DNA from: Emiliania huxleyi CCMP1516
Taxonomy: Eukaryota
Assembly (NCBI RefSeq): GCF_000372725.1
Contig: NW_005201277.1
Location: 283,322-323,543 of the forward strand
Reading direction: 5' to 3'
DNA length: 40,222 nt
Position 1 is the first letter of the stretch; every line of letters begins with the position of its first letter. The notes below the pieces were generated by a model. It saw only the letters and a program-made list of their open reading frames with translations, searched no databases and had not been told where the DNA came from. Positions 11,252 to 22,323 of the stretch are shown in pieces. A program made the position numbers and the translations under genes.

Positions 11252-13777
11252 TCAGTTGACGTCGGCGTTGAAGTCGTGCGCAAACAGCACCTCGGCAGAC
11301 TCCTTGCAGAGCATCGAGAACATGGCGAGCTGGTCGGCCGCCTTGTCCTCGTCGTCCTCCTCGCGCGGCGACTGCGGCGGCGGCGCCTCCTTCTCGGCGA
11401 CGCCGCCGAAGATGGCGCCCGGCACGTACAGCTGTAGCAGGGACAGCGGGTCGTCGTCGACCTCGAGGCTCACGCTCACCGACGTCTCGCCTCCGTCGCT
11501 GGCGGAGTCCATGATGCCCGACTCGATGCCCGTCTCCATCTCGATCTGCATGGCGCCCTCGTCGTCGTCGACGCCCTCCCCCTCCTCCTCCTTGGTGAAG
11601 AGCGTCTTCACGGGCGCGTCCCCGAGGTCGGGGCTCGCGCTCCGCACGCGAGACTTGCGCGACGAGCCCGAGCCGGTCGCTCGTCGCTGCTGGTGCCGCG
11701 GCTTGCTCTGCTGCTTCGCCGCCTGCTGCTCGTGGCGGCGCTGCGCGCGCGCCGCCTCCTCGAGCCGGCGCTTGTCGTTTATGCGCCGGTTGATGGCCTG
11801 CAGCTGCTGCGCGATGGTCTGCGGCGGGTCGTGCTTGGGCGGGCTCGGCGCCGGCGCCGCGCCGACCGGCACGTCGTTAGAGGCGGCGGCGACGGCGGCG
11901 GCGGCGGCGGCGGCCGCCGCCTCGGGCTGCGCCGCGACCCGCGCCGCGACGACGGCGGCCGCGACGGCGCCAGCGGGCGACGCCTGCGCCGTCGCCTGCG
12001 CCTGCGCCGCGGTCAGCACGGCCCTCGCCTGCGCCGCCGCGTGCGGGGCGAGCAGGACCGAGTGCGTCCGCGGCTCGGAGGTGGAGGCCTGCTCGATGCG
12101 CGAGCGCAGGCTCTTGGGCGTCAGCTTAGCAATCACTTTGAAGCCGCCCGACGTGCGCGACGGCGCCACCGTGTTGACCGCTGGCCGCGTCGGGCGGCGC
12201 TGCTGCGCGGGCGACTCGTACTTGTCGGTGGCGCACGGCGACTTTGCGAGGTCGAGCAGCGCCTTCTCGGGCGAGAAGGGGTGCTCGCGGCTGCTGGAGC
12301 GCGCCGGCACGGGGGAGGAGCACGCCCCCACGGCCTGGCGCTTGGGGAGCGGCGAGGTGCACCGGTCCGCCTCCGTCGGGCTGCTGCTGGCGCCGTCGTG
12401 GCTGGCGCCGTCCTGCCACCGCGCCATCTCTGGGTGCGGCCGGCGCAGGCTCCCGCCCCGAGCCGCGCGGCGCTCCTCGGCGGAGGGGTCGTACTGCGGG
12501 CGCAGGGGCTCGCGGAAGGGCGACTCCATCAGCGTCTTGAGAAAGTCGCCGCCGACGCCGTCCGCGTACTCGTCGAGCACCTCGGCGTAGTCGTCGAGCG
12601 CGGGGCCGGCCGCGGGCGCGACGGCCTGCTTGCTGCGGCGCGGCTTGGGCGCGGAGAGGGCGCCCGTGAGGCCGCCGCGGGCCATCTCGGCCCGCCGCTT
12701 GACCGACGAGTTCCAGTGGTTCTTGATGGCGTTGTCGGTCCTGCCCGGCAGGCGCTTTGCAATCTCGGCCCACTTGTTGCCGAGCTCCAGGTGGGCCTGC
12801 ATGATGATCTGGTCCTCCTCCTCGGTCCACGCATTCTTGGAGATGGTGGGGTTGAGGTGGTTGTGCCACCGCTCGCGGCACTGCGGCGAGGGGGGGGGGG
12901 GGGGGGGGTGGTGGAGCGAAACGGGCGGGGAAACGTGGCAGCGGCATTTGCGCGCCTGCTTGCCGATGCGGCCGGGGAGCTTCGCGGCGATGGCGGACCA
13001 GCGCTTGGCGCCCTGCTCGGCGACGAGGGAGCGCAGCATCGCGTCCTCGGGATCCGACCACGGCCCCTTGACGATGAGGCCGTCCTGCTCGTTGTCGTCG
13101 CAGTCCTCTTTGATCGAGTCGTCGTCGAGCTCGAGCGAGGGCGTGCGGCGCGGGTCGATGGGCACGGGCGCCGCCGGAGCGGGGCGCTTGCGCGGCCGCG
13201 ACTTGCTCGCCTTCTTGGGCGGCGCGAGGTCGGGCGAGAGGGCGTCAAAGTCGAGCGCTCCCTCGAGGCTGTCGTCGGGATCCGAGCGCGCCGCCTTGGC
13301 GGGCCGGCTGGAGGACCTGAACGGCGGGCGAGGGGAGCGAGGTGAGTGGGCGGCGGCGGAGCGGAGGAGGGTTGCGGGCGTGGGGCACGGGCGGCTCTCG
13401 CGCGGCGCGGGCGAGGGGAGCGGCGGCGGGCGGCTGCAGAGGTGGGTCAGAGGCGAGACGCTCTCGGCTCGGCGCTGAGAAGCGGGGTCGCACCCGGCGG
13501 AGCGCGGCGGCGGGCTCCTGCAGAGAGGCACAGAGGCGGTGAGTAGGGAGCTCCTGGGCGGGGTGAGGGGCCGCGCGAGGGGCCGCGCGCGCAGGGCTCG
13601 CGTCGGCGGCTCGCGCACAGGCGCAGGGCGCGATGCAGCTGCGCGCTGGGGGTCAGGGGGGGCGGCGCGGCCCAGGAGCGCGGAGCAGTGCTCGAGGAGG
13701 GGCGAGCGCACTTGGGAACAGCGGCCGCGCGCGTCCTCGAGCGCGTCATCGTCCGCGCGAGACGAGAGAACCTCCAC
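11252..13777 (-). CDS. R2R3 (c-Myb-like) MYB transcription factor; GC-AG intron 12955-12881; 5' exons and start uncertain
   Basis: [64 protein letters not shown]...[25 protein letters not shown] forms two canonical Myb repeats once a 75-nt in-frame intron is removed. Confidence 0.9.
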   Translation of the reverse strand: MEVLSSRADDDALEDARGRCSQVRSPLLEHCSALLGRAAPPDPQRAAASRPAPVREPPTRALRARPLARPLTPPRSSLLTASVPLCRSPPPRSAGCDPASQRRAESVSPLTHLCSRPPPLPSPAPRESRPCPTPATLLRSAAAHSPRSPRPPFRSSSRPAKAARSDPDDSLEGALDFDALSPDLAPPKKASKSRPRKRPAPAAPVPIDPRRTPSLELDDDSIKEDCDDNEQDGLIVKGPWSDPEDAMLRSLVAEQGAKRWSAIAAKLPGRIGKQARKCRCHVSPPVSLHHPPPPPPSPQCRERWHNHLNPTISKNAWTEEEDQIIMQAHLELGNKWAEIAKRLPGRTDNAIKNHWNSSVKRRAEMARGGLTGALSAPKPRRSKQAVAPAAGPALDDYAEVLDEYADGVGGDFLKTLMESPFREPLRPQYDPSAEERRAARGGSLRRPHPEMARWQDGASHDGASSSPTEADRCTSPLPKRQAVGACSSPVPARSSSREHPFSPEKALLDLAKSPCATDKYESPAQQRRPTRPAVNTVAPSRTSGGFKVIAKLTPKSLRSRIEQASTSEPRTHSVLLAPHAAAQARAVLTAAQAQATAQASPAGAVAAAVVAARVAAQPEAAAAAAAAAVAAASNDVPVGAAPAPSPPKHDPPQTIAQQLQAINRRINDKRRLEEAARAQRRHEQQAAKQQSKPRHQQRRATGSGSSRKSRVRSASPDLGDAPVKTLFTKEEEGEGVDDDEGAMQIEMETGIESGIMDSASDGGETSVSVSLEVDDDPLSLLQLYVPGAIFGGVAEKEAPPPQSPREEDDEDKAADQLAMFSMLCKESAEVLFAHDFNADVN

Positions 13778-14922
13778 CGGTGGAACGCCTGGCGGGAGCT
13801 TCTTCGCGCTCTGCTTTCAAAAAAGAATTCATCGCCGGCCCCTTGCGCCTGTAAGCTGTATCCAGGCTTCTGGCAACCCAGACAGAGGGAAACCAGAGGG
13901 CCCCCAGAACTTTGTAGCGGGTGTTTGGTGCTCCATTCTGGGCAACTCTCGATCGAGTTTCCCTGAGCAACTTTGGTAGGAGAGAGCTGGTCTGGTGCAA
14001 AATCTTGCACAAATCGAACAAAAACCAGGCCCCAAATTACGTGTGAGTGTTAGAGTTGTTTGGTATTGCTAAAAATCTCTCTCTCAAATCGAGCAAAATA
14101 TCCGGATATTTCCAGGAATCCTCGGGGTTTTGCCGATTTGGCTGATTTTGGGACCAACCGCAACCCCAGCCTCAGACTGGGCTCAGAGCCCGGAATTTGA
14201 CGATTTGCGCGGATCACACCGATCTCATCCACAGGCTCAGGCCAGGCCAAGGAGGCCCACGCGTGAGTGGGAGGTACGGTACCCTGCGATCTGACGTTCT
14301 GGTCCGCCCAGCCCGGGCCCCTGTCCGTGTCGCGATGTCGACCGTCGTCAGAAAACCGAGCAGAAAACACCCCTGCGTGGATCGCGTTACACCAATGGCA
14401 AAAACCAAAATGCTACACAACAACAAGAATAACCAACCCAATGCTCGCACCAACGCGGCCAAAGCATAGATAGCAACCTCGAGAACCTCGAGCGAGAACA
14501 CCCTCCCTCAGCCGGCGCGCTGCAACGCTGCCCTCGCTGCGGGGGCTAGATCCATTTCAGGACAGTTCATGATACGATATAAAAACATTCCCTCGCCGCC
14601 CCAGCCCGTCCAGGAGCCCGAAACTCAGCCACCAAAGGAAGAAAGAATTTTACAAACAAAGAAAGAAAACAGACAACGATAGGGAGGGATGTCACCTAGT
14701 CCCTAAGAAAGAATCTTAAGAAAACAGACAACCCAAACGAGGGATGGGACGAGGACAGGGTCCCCACCTGCACGAGCAGGATTTTGGAAGGATGATCAGG
14801 GACACAGGGGAACGGGAGTGGGGAGCTCATCGCGACACGGAGGCACCCACACCTAGTCCCTAGTCCCGGCTCCAGTCGGGCACTTTTCTTTTTTTGTTCT
14901 GCTAGAATTTTTTTGTCGTTAG

Positions 14923-16085
14923 GGCGGAGGCGGCGGCGGAGGCGGCGGAGGCGGCGGCGGAGGCGGCGGAGGCGCGTGCCGGGGCGGCGGCGGCGGAGGC
15001 GGCGGCGGCGCGGGCGGCGGCGGCGGCGAGCGAGGCGGCGATGGCGGAGCTCTCCGAAGAAGCTGCCGCGCGCAGGCAGGCACGGAGAAGCCGGCGGGAA
15101 GGGGGAGGGGGAGGGGGAGGAGCGGGTGGAGGAGCGGCTCGCTCGCGCCGCCGCCGCGGCGCGCGAGGGCGAGAGGGCGGGAGGGGTGGCTGACCGGGCC
15201 CGTCCATGACGCGTCTTGGACCAGTCCCCGCAACACGAGGCGATGGAGGAGCAGCTGGCGGCGGTGCAGGCCGAGCTCTACGCGACGCAGGCGCCGCAGT
15301 TCCTTGTCCCCCCTCACTCGCTCGCTCGCTCACTCCTTCAAGTCCGCACACAGAGTTCGAAACACAAGACTGCGGGAGAGCGTGTGTCGTGAGCAGTCGA
15401 TGTGTCCCTGATTAATAGTTAATTATTAGTTAATTAGTGAATTAATTCGCAGTCCGAGTGTCCCGGCGCGACGCAGGCGGAGCTGGCGGCGCGCGAGGAG
15501 GCCGAGGCGGCGGCGGTGGCTGCGGTCGAGAGGGAGGCGGAGCGGCTTCGCGGCGTCGCGGCGGCGGCGGAGGCGGATGGCGATTGGTCTGCCGGGGCGA
15601 CATGTCCAAGCCACTTCCCCGACGCGTCCCCGGCACGTCCCCGTGTAGGCCGCCCGCGACGAGCTCTTCGAGGAGGCGAGCGCGCTGCAGCGCGAGGCGG
15701 CGGCACAGCGGAGGGGAGGCGGGACTGCGGGGCCTCGCCTCGGAACCTTCTCGCAACGTTCCCTGCAGGCGGCGGCGCAGCGCGAAGCGGCCAAGGCGCG
15801 TGACGCGGCGCTGGCGCGCGCGGGGGAGGAGGCGGCCGCCGCCACCGCCGCCGCGGCGACGCGGTGGTGCGGGCAGCAGGGGAGGCTGTACTCGTAGGCC
15901 GCGTAGCTGCTGGCTGATGTTGCGCGCCTCAGGAGAGACGGGTGCGGGGGTCGCGCCGCCATGTCTCCCCGCGCCTCCTGTTGAAGTCTTCTCGGAACCT
16001 TCCCGCAGGAGAGCAGTGCCGCCGCAGGGCTCGCCGGGCGGTGCGCTGGCGGTGCGGGCAGCGCTCGGGGGAGACGTGGGCGGCG

Positions 16086-16144
<59 letters not shown>

Positions 16145-16696
16145 CGGGCCGATTTGCCGGGTTGAGTGGCGAGAAGTACCGGTACTTGCGGCAGGTGACT
16201 AATTAACTATTCATGAACTAGTAATTATTAATTGAGCGGTGAGAAGTACCGGTACTTGCGGCAGGTGACAATCAATTTTCTCGAGGCGGCGCGAGGGGGC
16301 TCGGTCGAGGGGCTGTGAAGGGCGTCCTCGTCTCACCCGCGCGGGGGCTTGGGCGCAGGCAACACGAGCTGTGGGCTCCAATTGCGGCGGTGCTAATTAG
16401 TAGGTCATTCGTAGTTACTTAGTTCATTAATTAGCCGTGGGCTCCGATCGCGGCGGTGCTCGGGAGCAGTGGCGCCCGACGAGGCTGCCTTGCTGACAGC
16501 GGGTCACGACTCCTGGCCTGCGAATCAGGTGCTCGAGCTGACGCCCGACGAGGTGGAGAGCATCGGCGCGGCGCGGTACAGCTTCTCCCTGGCAGCGGGA
16601 CGACACCGCCGCACGCTATCCCCCATCCACACGTTCGGCGGCGTCTTCCCCCTTTAGGCACGCCCACCGCCCCTGCTCTCTCGCGCTGCTGTCTGA
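14923..16696 (+). CDS. 3' portion of a multi-exon coiled-coil golgin with a C-terminal GRIP domain (5' end not found; may be a fragment)
   Basis: Ala/Glu-rich coiled-coil exons. Removing introns 16195-16264, 16312-16358 and 16390-16528 gives KYRYLRQVTINFLEA...QHELWAPIAAVLELTPDEVESI, which fits the GRIP consensus (YL+.V...FL...L...IA.+L.+.P.E). The exon structure of the middle part and the stop are uncertain. Confidence 0.6.
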
Positions 16697-17319
16697 GCTC
16701 ATGTCGGACCCGACCGCCCTCGCGCACACCCACACGCACACGCACGCCGCCCTCGCCGCCACCGCCGACGGAGCGAGGGCCGTCGCCGGCCTGACCGCGG
16801 CCGCCGTGGCCGCCGTCGTCGCCGCCGCGCCGGGCGTCATCTCGAGCGGCCTGGCGACGGCCGTGGATGGCGTCTCTTCGGGCGTCGCTGCGCTCACGGC
16901 TGCGAGCCGCGCCGCTCCAGCCTCCGCCGGAGCGGCGCCCGGCGCGGAGGTTGCCGTGTGACTGCGCAGGGCTGGCGGCGCGAGCGAGCCGAACGCATCG
17001 CTGTGCCCGAGTCGACCGACAGAGAGTCGTTTTTGTGTTTGGACAGGGAGAACTTGTCGAGGTGTGCCATGCATGTGAGTGTTGCGTGTCGCGTGGCAGG
17101 GGCGCGAGTGGTTCAAACAATCTCTGAGTAAGCGAGCCTGTGTATATTGTTTCTCGGTGTGTTTTTGAGAGATTCGCAACAAGAGCACAGAGGTCAGAGC
17201 GGCGATTTTCCCTAACATTCCCTTTCAGAGCGCAGGGCGGTACCGAGCAGTGTGCGGCCGCTCATACAGTCGTACAAGTGAATGCAAGGGCAAAAAACGT
17301 GAAAAGCTCTCCTGAAAAG

Positions 17320-20300
17320 TCACTCGAGCACCGGAATGCTGATCTCCAACGCCCCTCCGTTGCCCTGCATCACTGCACATCGCAGCGCGCGGTGGCGCGC
17401 GTGCCGCACCAGCGCCTCGCGCAGGGCGGCCTCGCCGCCCTTGCTGTGACTCCCGCGGCCAGTCACGACCACGCAGCGGCCGAGGACAGGCAGCACGGGC
17501 ACGACCAGCTCGTCGAACTTGGCCTTCGCCTCGGCGACGTGCAGCCCGTGCAGGTCGATGCAGAGGCCCTCGGACTCGCCCGCGTCCGACCCCATCCCCA
17601 GGCTCTCGTCGTTCAGCGTCGCAAAGATGCTCGCCGCCGCGTTCTGCTGCGCCGCCCGTAGATTTTCGCGCAGCTCGTCGCAGCGGCCGCGGCAGGACCG
17701 CCACTCGGCGGAGACAGCGCCCGGCCCGAGCCTGTCGTCGCGCTTGTCCAGCGTCGCGAGCTTCTCAGCCTCGCGCTCCAGCTCTCTCTGGAGCGCGACG
17801 ACGGGCCGCCTCGCCTCGAGGTAGACCTCCTGCTTGCGCCGCGAGTCGAGGCTGCCGCCGGTCCGGGCCGCCGCCCCGACAGCGTGCCTCGAGATGATCT
17901 CGAAGAGCTCCTTCTCCACCGCCGCAGCGTCGAGGCGGCGGTGCACGAGCATCGCCGGCACGGCGTCGTGCAAGCCTGGCGCGACGGCGGTGGCGAGGTG
18001 TCCGGCGAGGAGGCGGAGGAGGTCGGACGCCTGGTAGGCCTGCAGCGCGAGGTTGTCGACGGTGGCCGGGTCGAGGAGCAGCGTGCAGTGTGGGCACTGG
18101 AAGCGTGTGGTCACGCTCTGCCCGTGAGGCACGAGCGGGTCCTGCCGCTCCTCGGTCGCCGGGACGGACTCGCGCATGTGGCAGAGGCAGGCTGCGCACG
18201 TCGCGTGGCCGCACTCGAGCACCGCCACGCTTACGTCCGACAGGCTCGACCACTTCTCGAGGCAAATGGGGCACTGGCTGTCGGCGTCGCCGTTCCATGA
18301 GAACCCGGAGTTGTCGAGCAGCATGCCGCCACGCACCAGCTGCGCTGTATCGGCCGCCGCCACGGCCTCCTCCTCGCCCGCCTCGGTCTCGCGCTGAGCG
18401 ACGGACGCCTCGACCCGCTCCATCGAAGGAAGCCGCTCGCGCGCGCCAATCAGCAGACCCTCCGTACCCTCCGGCAAGGCAGGCGCGTGTGGCGTGGCGG
18501 CCTCCACCGCCCGCCTCAGGCGCGAGGCGTCTCGCGTCTCGGAGGTGAGCACCGCGACGAGCGCGTCCCACGTGTCTTCTCCGGACGCGGCGACAGCGTC
18601 CGCCTTTGCTGCCGCGATCTTCTCCCTCTCCTGCTTGCGGCGAGCCGCCTTTGCCGCCTTTGCCGCCTGCTGCTTTGCGGCAAGCGCCTCCTTTGCCGCC
18701 GCAGCCTCCTCGGCCGCCCTCTCAGCCTCCACCCTCTCGGCCGCCGCCCTCTCGGCCACTGCCCTCGCCACCTTCGCCTCAACCTCCGCCCTCTTCGCCT
18801 CCCTCGCCGCCGCCTCAAAGGCGCGCTCGCACTCAGCGTGGCCCCTCTCCTTGGCCAGCTGCAGCGCCGTACGCCCGCCCGGGGTGCGCGCCGCTGTGTC
18901 TGCGCCCGCCCGCAGCAAGCTGAGCACGACGGCGGGGTGGCCTTCCATGGCGGCGTATATCAGCGTGGTGTAGCCGTCGCTGTCCTGCCGGTCGATATCC
19001 GCGCCGCGCCGAATCAGCAAGTCGGCCACCCGCTCGTGGCCGTTGCCGCCGGCAGCCATCAGCGCGGTCTCGCCGTCGCTGTCCTGCAGGTTGACCTCCG
19101 CGCCGTGCTTCAGCAGCAGGTCGACCACCCGCTCGTGGCCGTTGCCAGCGGATAGCATCAGCGCGGTGTTGCCGTCGCTGGTTTGCTGGTTGATCGCCGT
19201 GCCGTGCCAAATCAGCATTTCGACCAAGCGCTCGTGGCCGTTGTTGGCGGCGTCCATCATCGCGGTGCCGCCTCTACTGTCCTGCAAGTTCACCTCCGCC
19301 CCGCGCAGCACCAGCAAATCGACCACTCGCTCGTGGCCGTTGCCGACGGCGCTCATCAGCGCGGTGCGGCCGTGGCTGCTCTGCTGGTTGATCGCCGCGC
19401 CGTGCCGCAGCAGCAATTCAACCAACCGCTCGTGGCCGTAGCGGGCGGCGCCCATCAGCAGCGTGCGACCTCTCAAGCCGTCTCTCTCGTACGTCGCGTC
19501 GACCCGCCCGCCGCCCTCGAGCCACGCCAGCACCGCCTCCTCGTCGCCTCGCTCAGCCGCTGCGACGATCTCGTCGGAGACTTCCACGCCACCGCCCGAC
19601 GCCTGCTCTCCCGCCGGAGCCGGCGACAGATTACCCGGCCGCACCCGCACGCTCTCGCCGCTGCCCTCGAGCGCCACCACGTACCGCCCGCCCTCAAAGC
19701 TCCGCGCCACGCCTCGCCGCCCGTTCAGCTCGCGGCGGGCCGAGAGCCCGCCGAGCGCGACTCGCTGCCCGAGCAGCGGCGCGTCTTCAGCTACCACTGC
19801 CGCGCCCGAAGAGGCGCCGCCCGCCCCTGCTCCGCCTTCTGCAGCCGCCGCCGCGACCACTGCCGCCTCAGACAACACCTTGACGCACTCGGTGTTGCCC
19901 TCCCCCTTGGCCATCTGCAGCGCCGTCTTGCCGCTCGCACTGCGCGCCGCCGCGTCGGCGCCCGCGCTCAGCAAGCGGATCACGACGGCGGAGCGGTTGA
20001 AGATGGTGGCGTACATCAGCGCGTTCCAGCCGTCGCTGCTCTGCAGGTTGATCTCCGCGCCGCGCCGTATCAGCAAGTCGACCAACCGCTCGTGGCCTTC
20101 GCCGGCGGCGTACATGAGCGCGCTTTCGCCGTTGCTGTCCAGCAGGTTGATCTCCGCGCCGTGCACCACCAGCAAATCGACCACCCGCTCGTGGCCGTGC
20201 TGGGCGGCGCGCATCAGCGCGGTGCGGCCGAGGCTGTCCAGCAAGTTGAACTCCGCGCCGTGCCGCAGCAGCAAGTCGACCACCCGCTCGTGGCCGCTGA

Positions 20301-21627
20301 AGGCGGCGTACATCAGCAGCGTGAGGCCGCTCATCTCGCCTCTCTCGTACGTCGCGTCGACCCGCCCGCCGCCCTCGAGCCACGCCAGCACCGCCTTCTC
20401 CTCGCCTCGTCCAACCGCTGTCACGACCTCGTCAGGGACTTCCACGACACTGCTCAGCTCCGCCGCCGCCGCCGACAGATTACCCGGCCGGACTAGCACG
20501 CTCTCGCCGCCGCCCTCGAGCGCCACCACGTACCGCCCGCTCTCGAAGCTCCGCGCCACGCCCCCCCGCCCGTTCAGCTCGGGGCGGGCCGAGAGCCCGC
20601 CGAGCACGACGCGCTTCCCGAGCAGCGGCGCGTCCACAGCTGCCGCTGCCGCGCCCGAGGAAGCGCCGCCCGCCCCTGCTCGGCCCTCCACCGCCGCCGC
20701 TGCTGCCGCCGCCTCGCGCTGCGCCACCTCCTCGGATAAGATCTTGACGCACTCGGCGTGGCCGTTCTTCGTGGCCAGCTGCAGCGCCGTACGCCCGCCC
20801 GAGGTGCGCGCCGCCGCGTCTGCGCCCGCCCGCAGCAGGCAGCGCACGACGGCGGGGTGGCCATTCTGGCACGCAACGTGCAGGGGCGTGAAGCCGCCGT
20901 CCGCAGCTTGGTCGACCGCCGCGCCCGCTTCGAGGAGCAGCTGGACGATGTCGAGGTAGCCGTTCCAGCACGCGACGTACAGCGGCGAGAAGCCACCGTC
21001 CTTGGCTTGGTTGACCGCCGCGTCAGCCTCGAGGAGCGGCCGGAGGACGTCGACGTGGCCCTTCTCGCACGCGACGTACAGCGGCGTGGCGCCGCCATCC
21101 CTGGCTTGGCCGACCGCTGCGCCAGCCTCGAGGAGCAGCCGGGCGCACTCGAGCTGGCCGTTCTGGCACGCAATGGACAGCGGCGTTACACCATTGTCTG
21201 CGGCTTGGTTGACCGCCGCGCCCGCCCGCAGCAGGCAGCGCACGACGTTGGGGTGGCCATAGGAGCACGCGATGAGCAGCGGCGTCCAGCCGCCGCCCGC
21301 AGCTTGGTCGCCGTCGTCCGCGGCTTGGTTGACCGCCGCGCTGGCGCCGAGAAGCAGCTGGGCGCACTCGAGCTGGCCCTTCGAGCACGCGATGAACAGC
21401 GCGGAGCAGCCAATGCCGGTCGTCGCCCCCACGCTCGCGCCGCTCTCGAGCAGCAGCCGCACGGCGTCGGCCTGCCCGCGGAATACGGCGCAAGTCAGCA
21501 GCGTGTGCTGATTCTCGGCCTCGAGCCGCGCATCGAGCAGGGCCGTGAGCGCCGGACCGCGCGTCCGCCCGGAGAGGAGGGCGCGCAGCGAGGTCAGGTC
21601 GCTTGTTGGAGCGGAGCCCCTACCCAT
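17320..21627 (-). CDS. Intronless 1435-aa multidomain protein: three ankyrin-repeat blocks with two SH3/KOW-like spacer modules, coiled coil, C3HC4 RING, DUF1771-like helix, C-terminal Smr nuclease domain
   Basis: Many G.T(P/A)L..A...GH...V..LL..GA repeats. RING: CPIC...LECGHATCAACL...CPHC (about 18273-18085). Helix AAQQNAAASIFATLN. Smr: IDLHGLHVAEA...VVVTGRGSHS...GNGGAL. Confidence 0.9.
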   Translation of the reverse strand: MGRGSAPTSDLTSLRALLSGRTRGPALTALLDARLEAENQHTLLTCAVFRGQADAVRLLLESGASVGATTGIGCSALFIACSKGQLECAQLLLGASAAVNQAADDGDQAAGGGWTPLLIACSYGHPNVVRCLLRAGAAVNQAADNGVTPLSIACQNGQLECARLLLEAGAAVGQARDGGATPLYVACEKGHVDVLRPLLEADAAVNQAKDGGFSPLYVACWNGYLDIVQLLLEAGAAVDQAADGGFTPLHVACQNGHPAVVRCLLRAGADAAARTSGGRTALQLATKNGHAECVKILSEEVAQREAAAAAAAVEGRAGAGGASSGAAAAAVDAPLLGKRVVLGGLSARPELNGRGGVARSFESGRYVVALEGGGESVLVRPGNLSAAAAELSSVVEVPDEVVTAVGRGEEKAVLAWLEGGGRVDATYERGEMSGLTLLMYAAFSGHERVVDLLLRHGAEFNLLDSLGRTALMRAAQHGHERVVDLLVVHGAEINLLDSNGESALMYAAGEGHERLVDLLIRRGAEINLQSSDGWNALMYATIFNRSAVVIRLLSAGADAAARSASGKTALQMAKGEGNTECVKVLSEAAVVAAAAAEGGAGAGGASSGAAVVAEDAPLLGQRVALGGLSARRELNGRRGVARSFEGGRYVVALEGSGESVRVRPGNLSPAPAGEQASGGGVEVSDEIVAAAERGDEEAVLAWLEGGGRVDATYERDGLRGRTLLMGAARYGHERLVELLLRHGAAINQQSSHGRTALMSAVGNGHERVVDLLVLRGAEVNLQDSRGGTAMMDAANNGHERLVEMLIWHGTAINQQTSDGNTALMLSAGNGHERVVDLLLKHGAEVNLQDSDGETALMAAGGNGHERVADLLIRRGADIDRQDSDGYTTLIYAAMEGHPAVVLSLLRAGADTAARTPGGRTALQLAKERGHAECERAFEAAAREAKRAEVEAKVARAVAERAAAERVEAERAAEEAAAAKEALAAKQQAAKAAKAARRKQEREKIAAAKADAVAASGEDTWDALVAVLTSETRDASRLRRAVEAATPHAPALPEGTEGLLIGARERLPSMERVEASVAQRETEAGEEEAVAAADTAQLVRGGMLLDNSGFSWNGDADSQCPICLEKWSSLSDVSVAVLECGHATCAACLCHMRESVPATEERQDPLVPHGQSVTTRFQCPHCTLLLDPATVDNLALQAYQASDLLRLLAGHLATAVAPGLHDAVPAMLVHRRLDAAAVEKELFEIISRHAVGAAARTGGSLDSRRKQEVYLEARRPVVALQRELEREAEKLATLDKRDDRLGPGAVSAEWRSCRGRCDELRENLRAAQQNAAASIFATLNDESLGMGSDAGESEGLCIDLHGLHVAEAKAKFDELVVPVLPVLGRCVVVTGRGSHSKGGEAALREALVRHARHRALRCAVMQGNGGALEISIPVLE

Positions 21628-21646
21628 GAGCGCTCATGTATGCATA

Positions 21647-22037
21647 GAGGCTACAGCTTCGCAAAAAAGACCCCACGCGCGCCGGGCTGCGACGGCCCGG
21701 GATGAGCTCCCCACGATGCGACTAAGTGAGATCAATTGACCTACCGGACCTATAGTCCACCCCTATCATGTCTGTACTGACTGCAGACGACCACATGCCA
21801 CACAGCATCACGCACAAGCACAAGACCCGGGATCGCAAAAAAGACCCGCGGTGCTCACACACCCACGCGCTCGTGCATGCCGAACCAGCTCTAAAAAAAT
21901 ACCTTCGGAACCGCTTTGCCAAGGCGCACAATAGTCCTCAGTCTGGCGAAGGCCAATTCTGTCATCCTGGGCGTCAGCAGCGTGCGAGACAGCGGGTCTT
22001 CGTTGCGCGGCGGTCTTTTTTGCGCGGCTGTAGCCTC
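21647..22037. mobile_element. MITE-like element (~390 bp) with TIRs and a TA target-site duplication (Tc1/mariner-type signature)
   Basis: 21644-21672 (ATAGAGGCTACAGCTTCGCAAAAAAGACC) matches the reverse complement of 22012-22040 at 27/29 positions. TA flanks GAGGCTAC...GTAGCCTC. An internal extra copy of CGCAAAAAAGACC lies near 21835. Confidence 0.7.
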
Positions 22038-22323
22038 TATCTCTCTCTCCAAACAGCGAAAAAGCGAAAAAGAATTTAAACAACACAACTCTCTCTCACA
22101 GCAGACAGGCTCGACACAGGTGCGAACTGGCGCGTGCTAGTACTATCACCGGCACACCCAAACGAGACGACCTCGAAGGCTAGCTCAGAAAAAAAACGAA
22201 AGCTGGTCGCGCAATGCAAGGGCGAAAGAATTTTACAAAGCCTCCCCTCGCACTGGTGAGTGAGTGAGTGAGTGAGTATTCTTGATACGAAACCACGACG
22301 ACACACACCAGTCGACTCGCATC

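Noticed and set aside
9001..13345. Long antisense or alternative-frame ORFs (9001-10992 -, 11166-12590 +, 11693-13345 +)
   Set aside because: Shadow ORFs caused by high GC and codon bias opposite genes with recognisable domains.
16701..16961. 86-aa Ala-rich ORF
   Set aside because: May be a further golgin exon, but no clear acceptor or homology, so it is not called separately.
19183..20959. 437-aa and 498-aa plus-strand ORFs
   Set aside because: Antisense shadows of the ankyrin gene.
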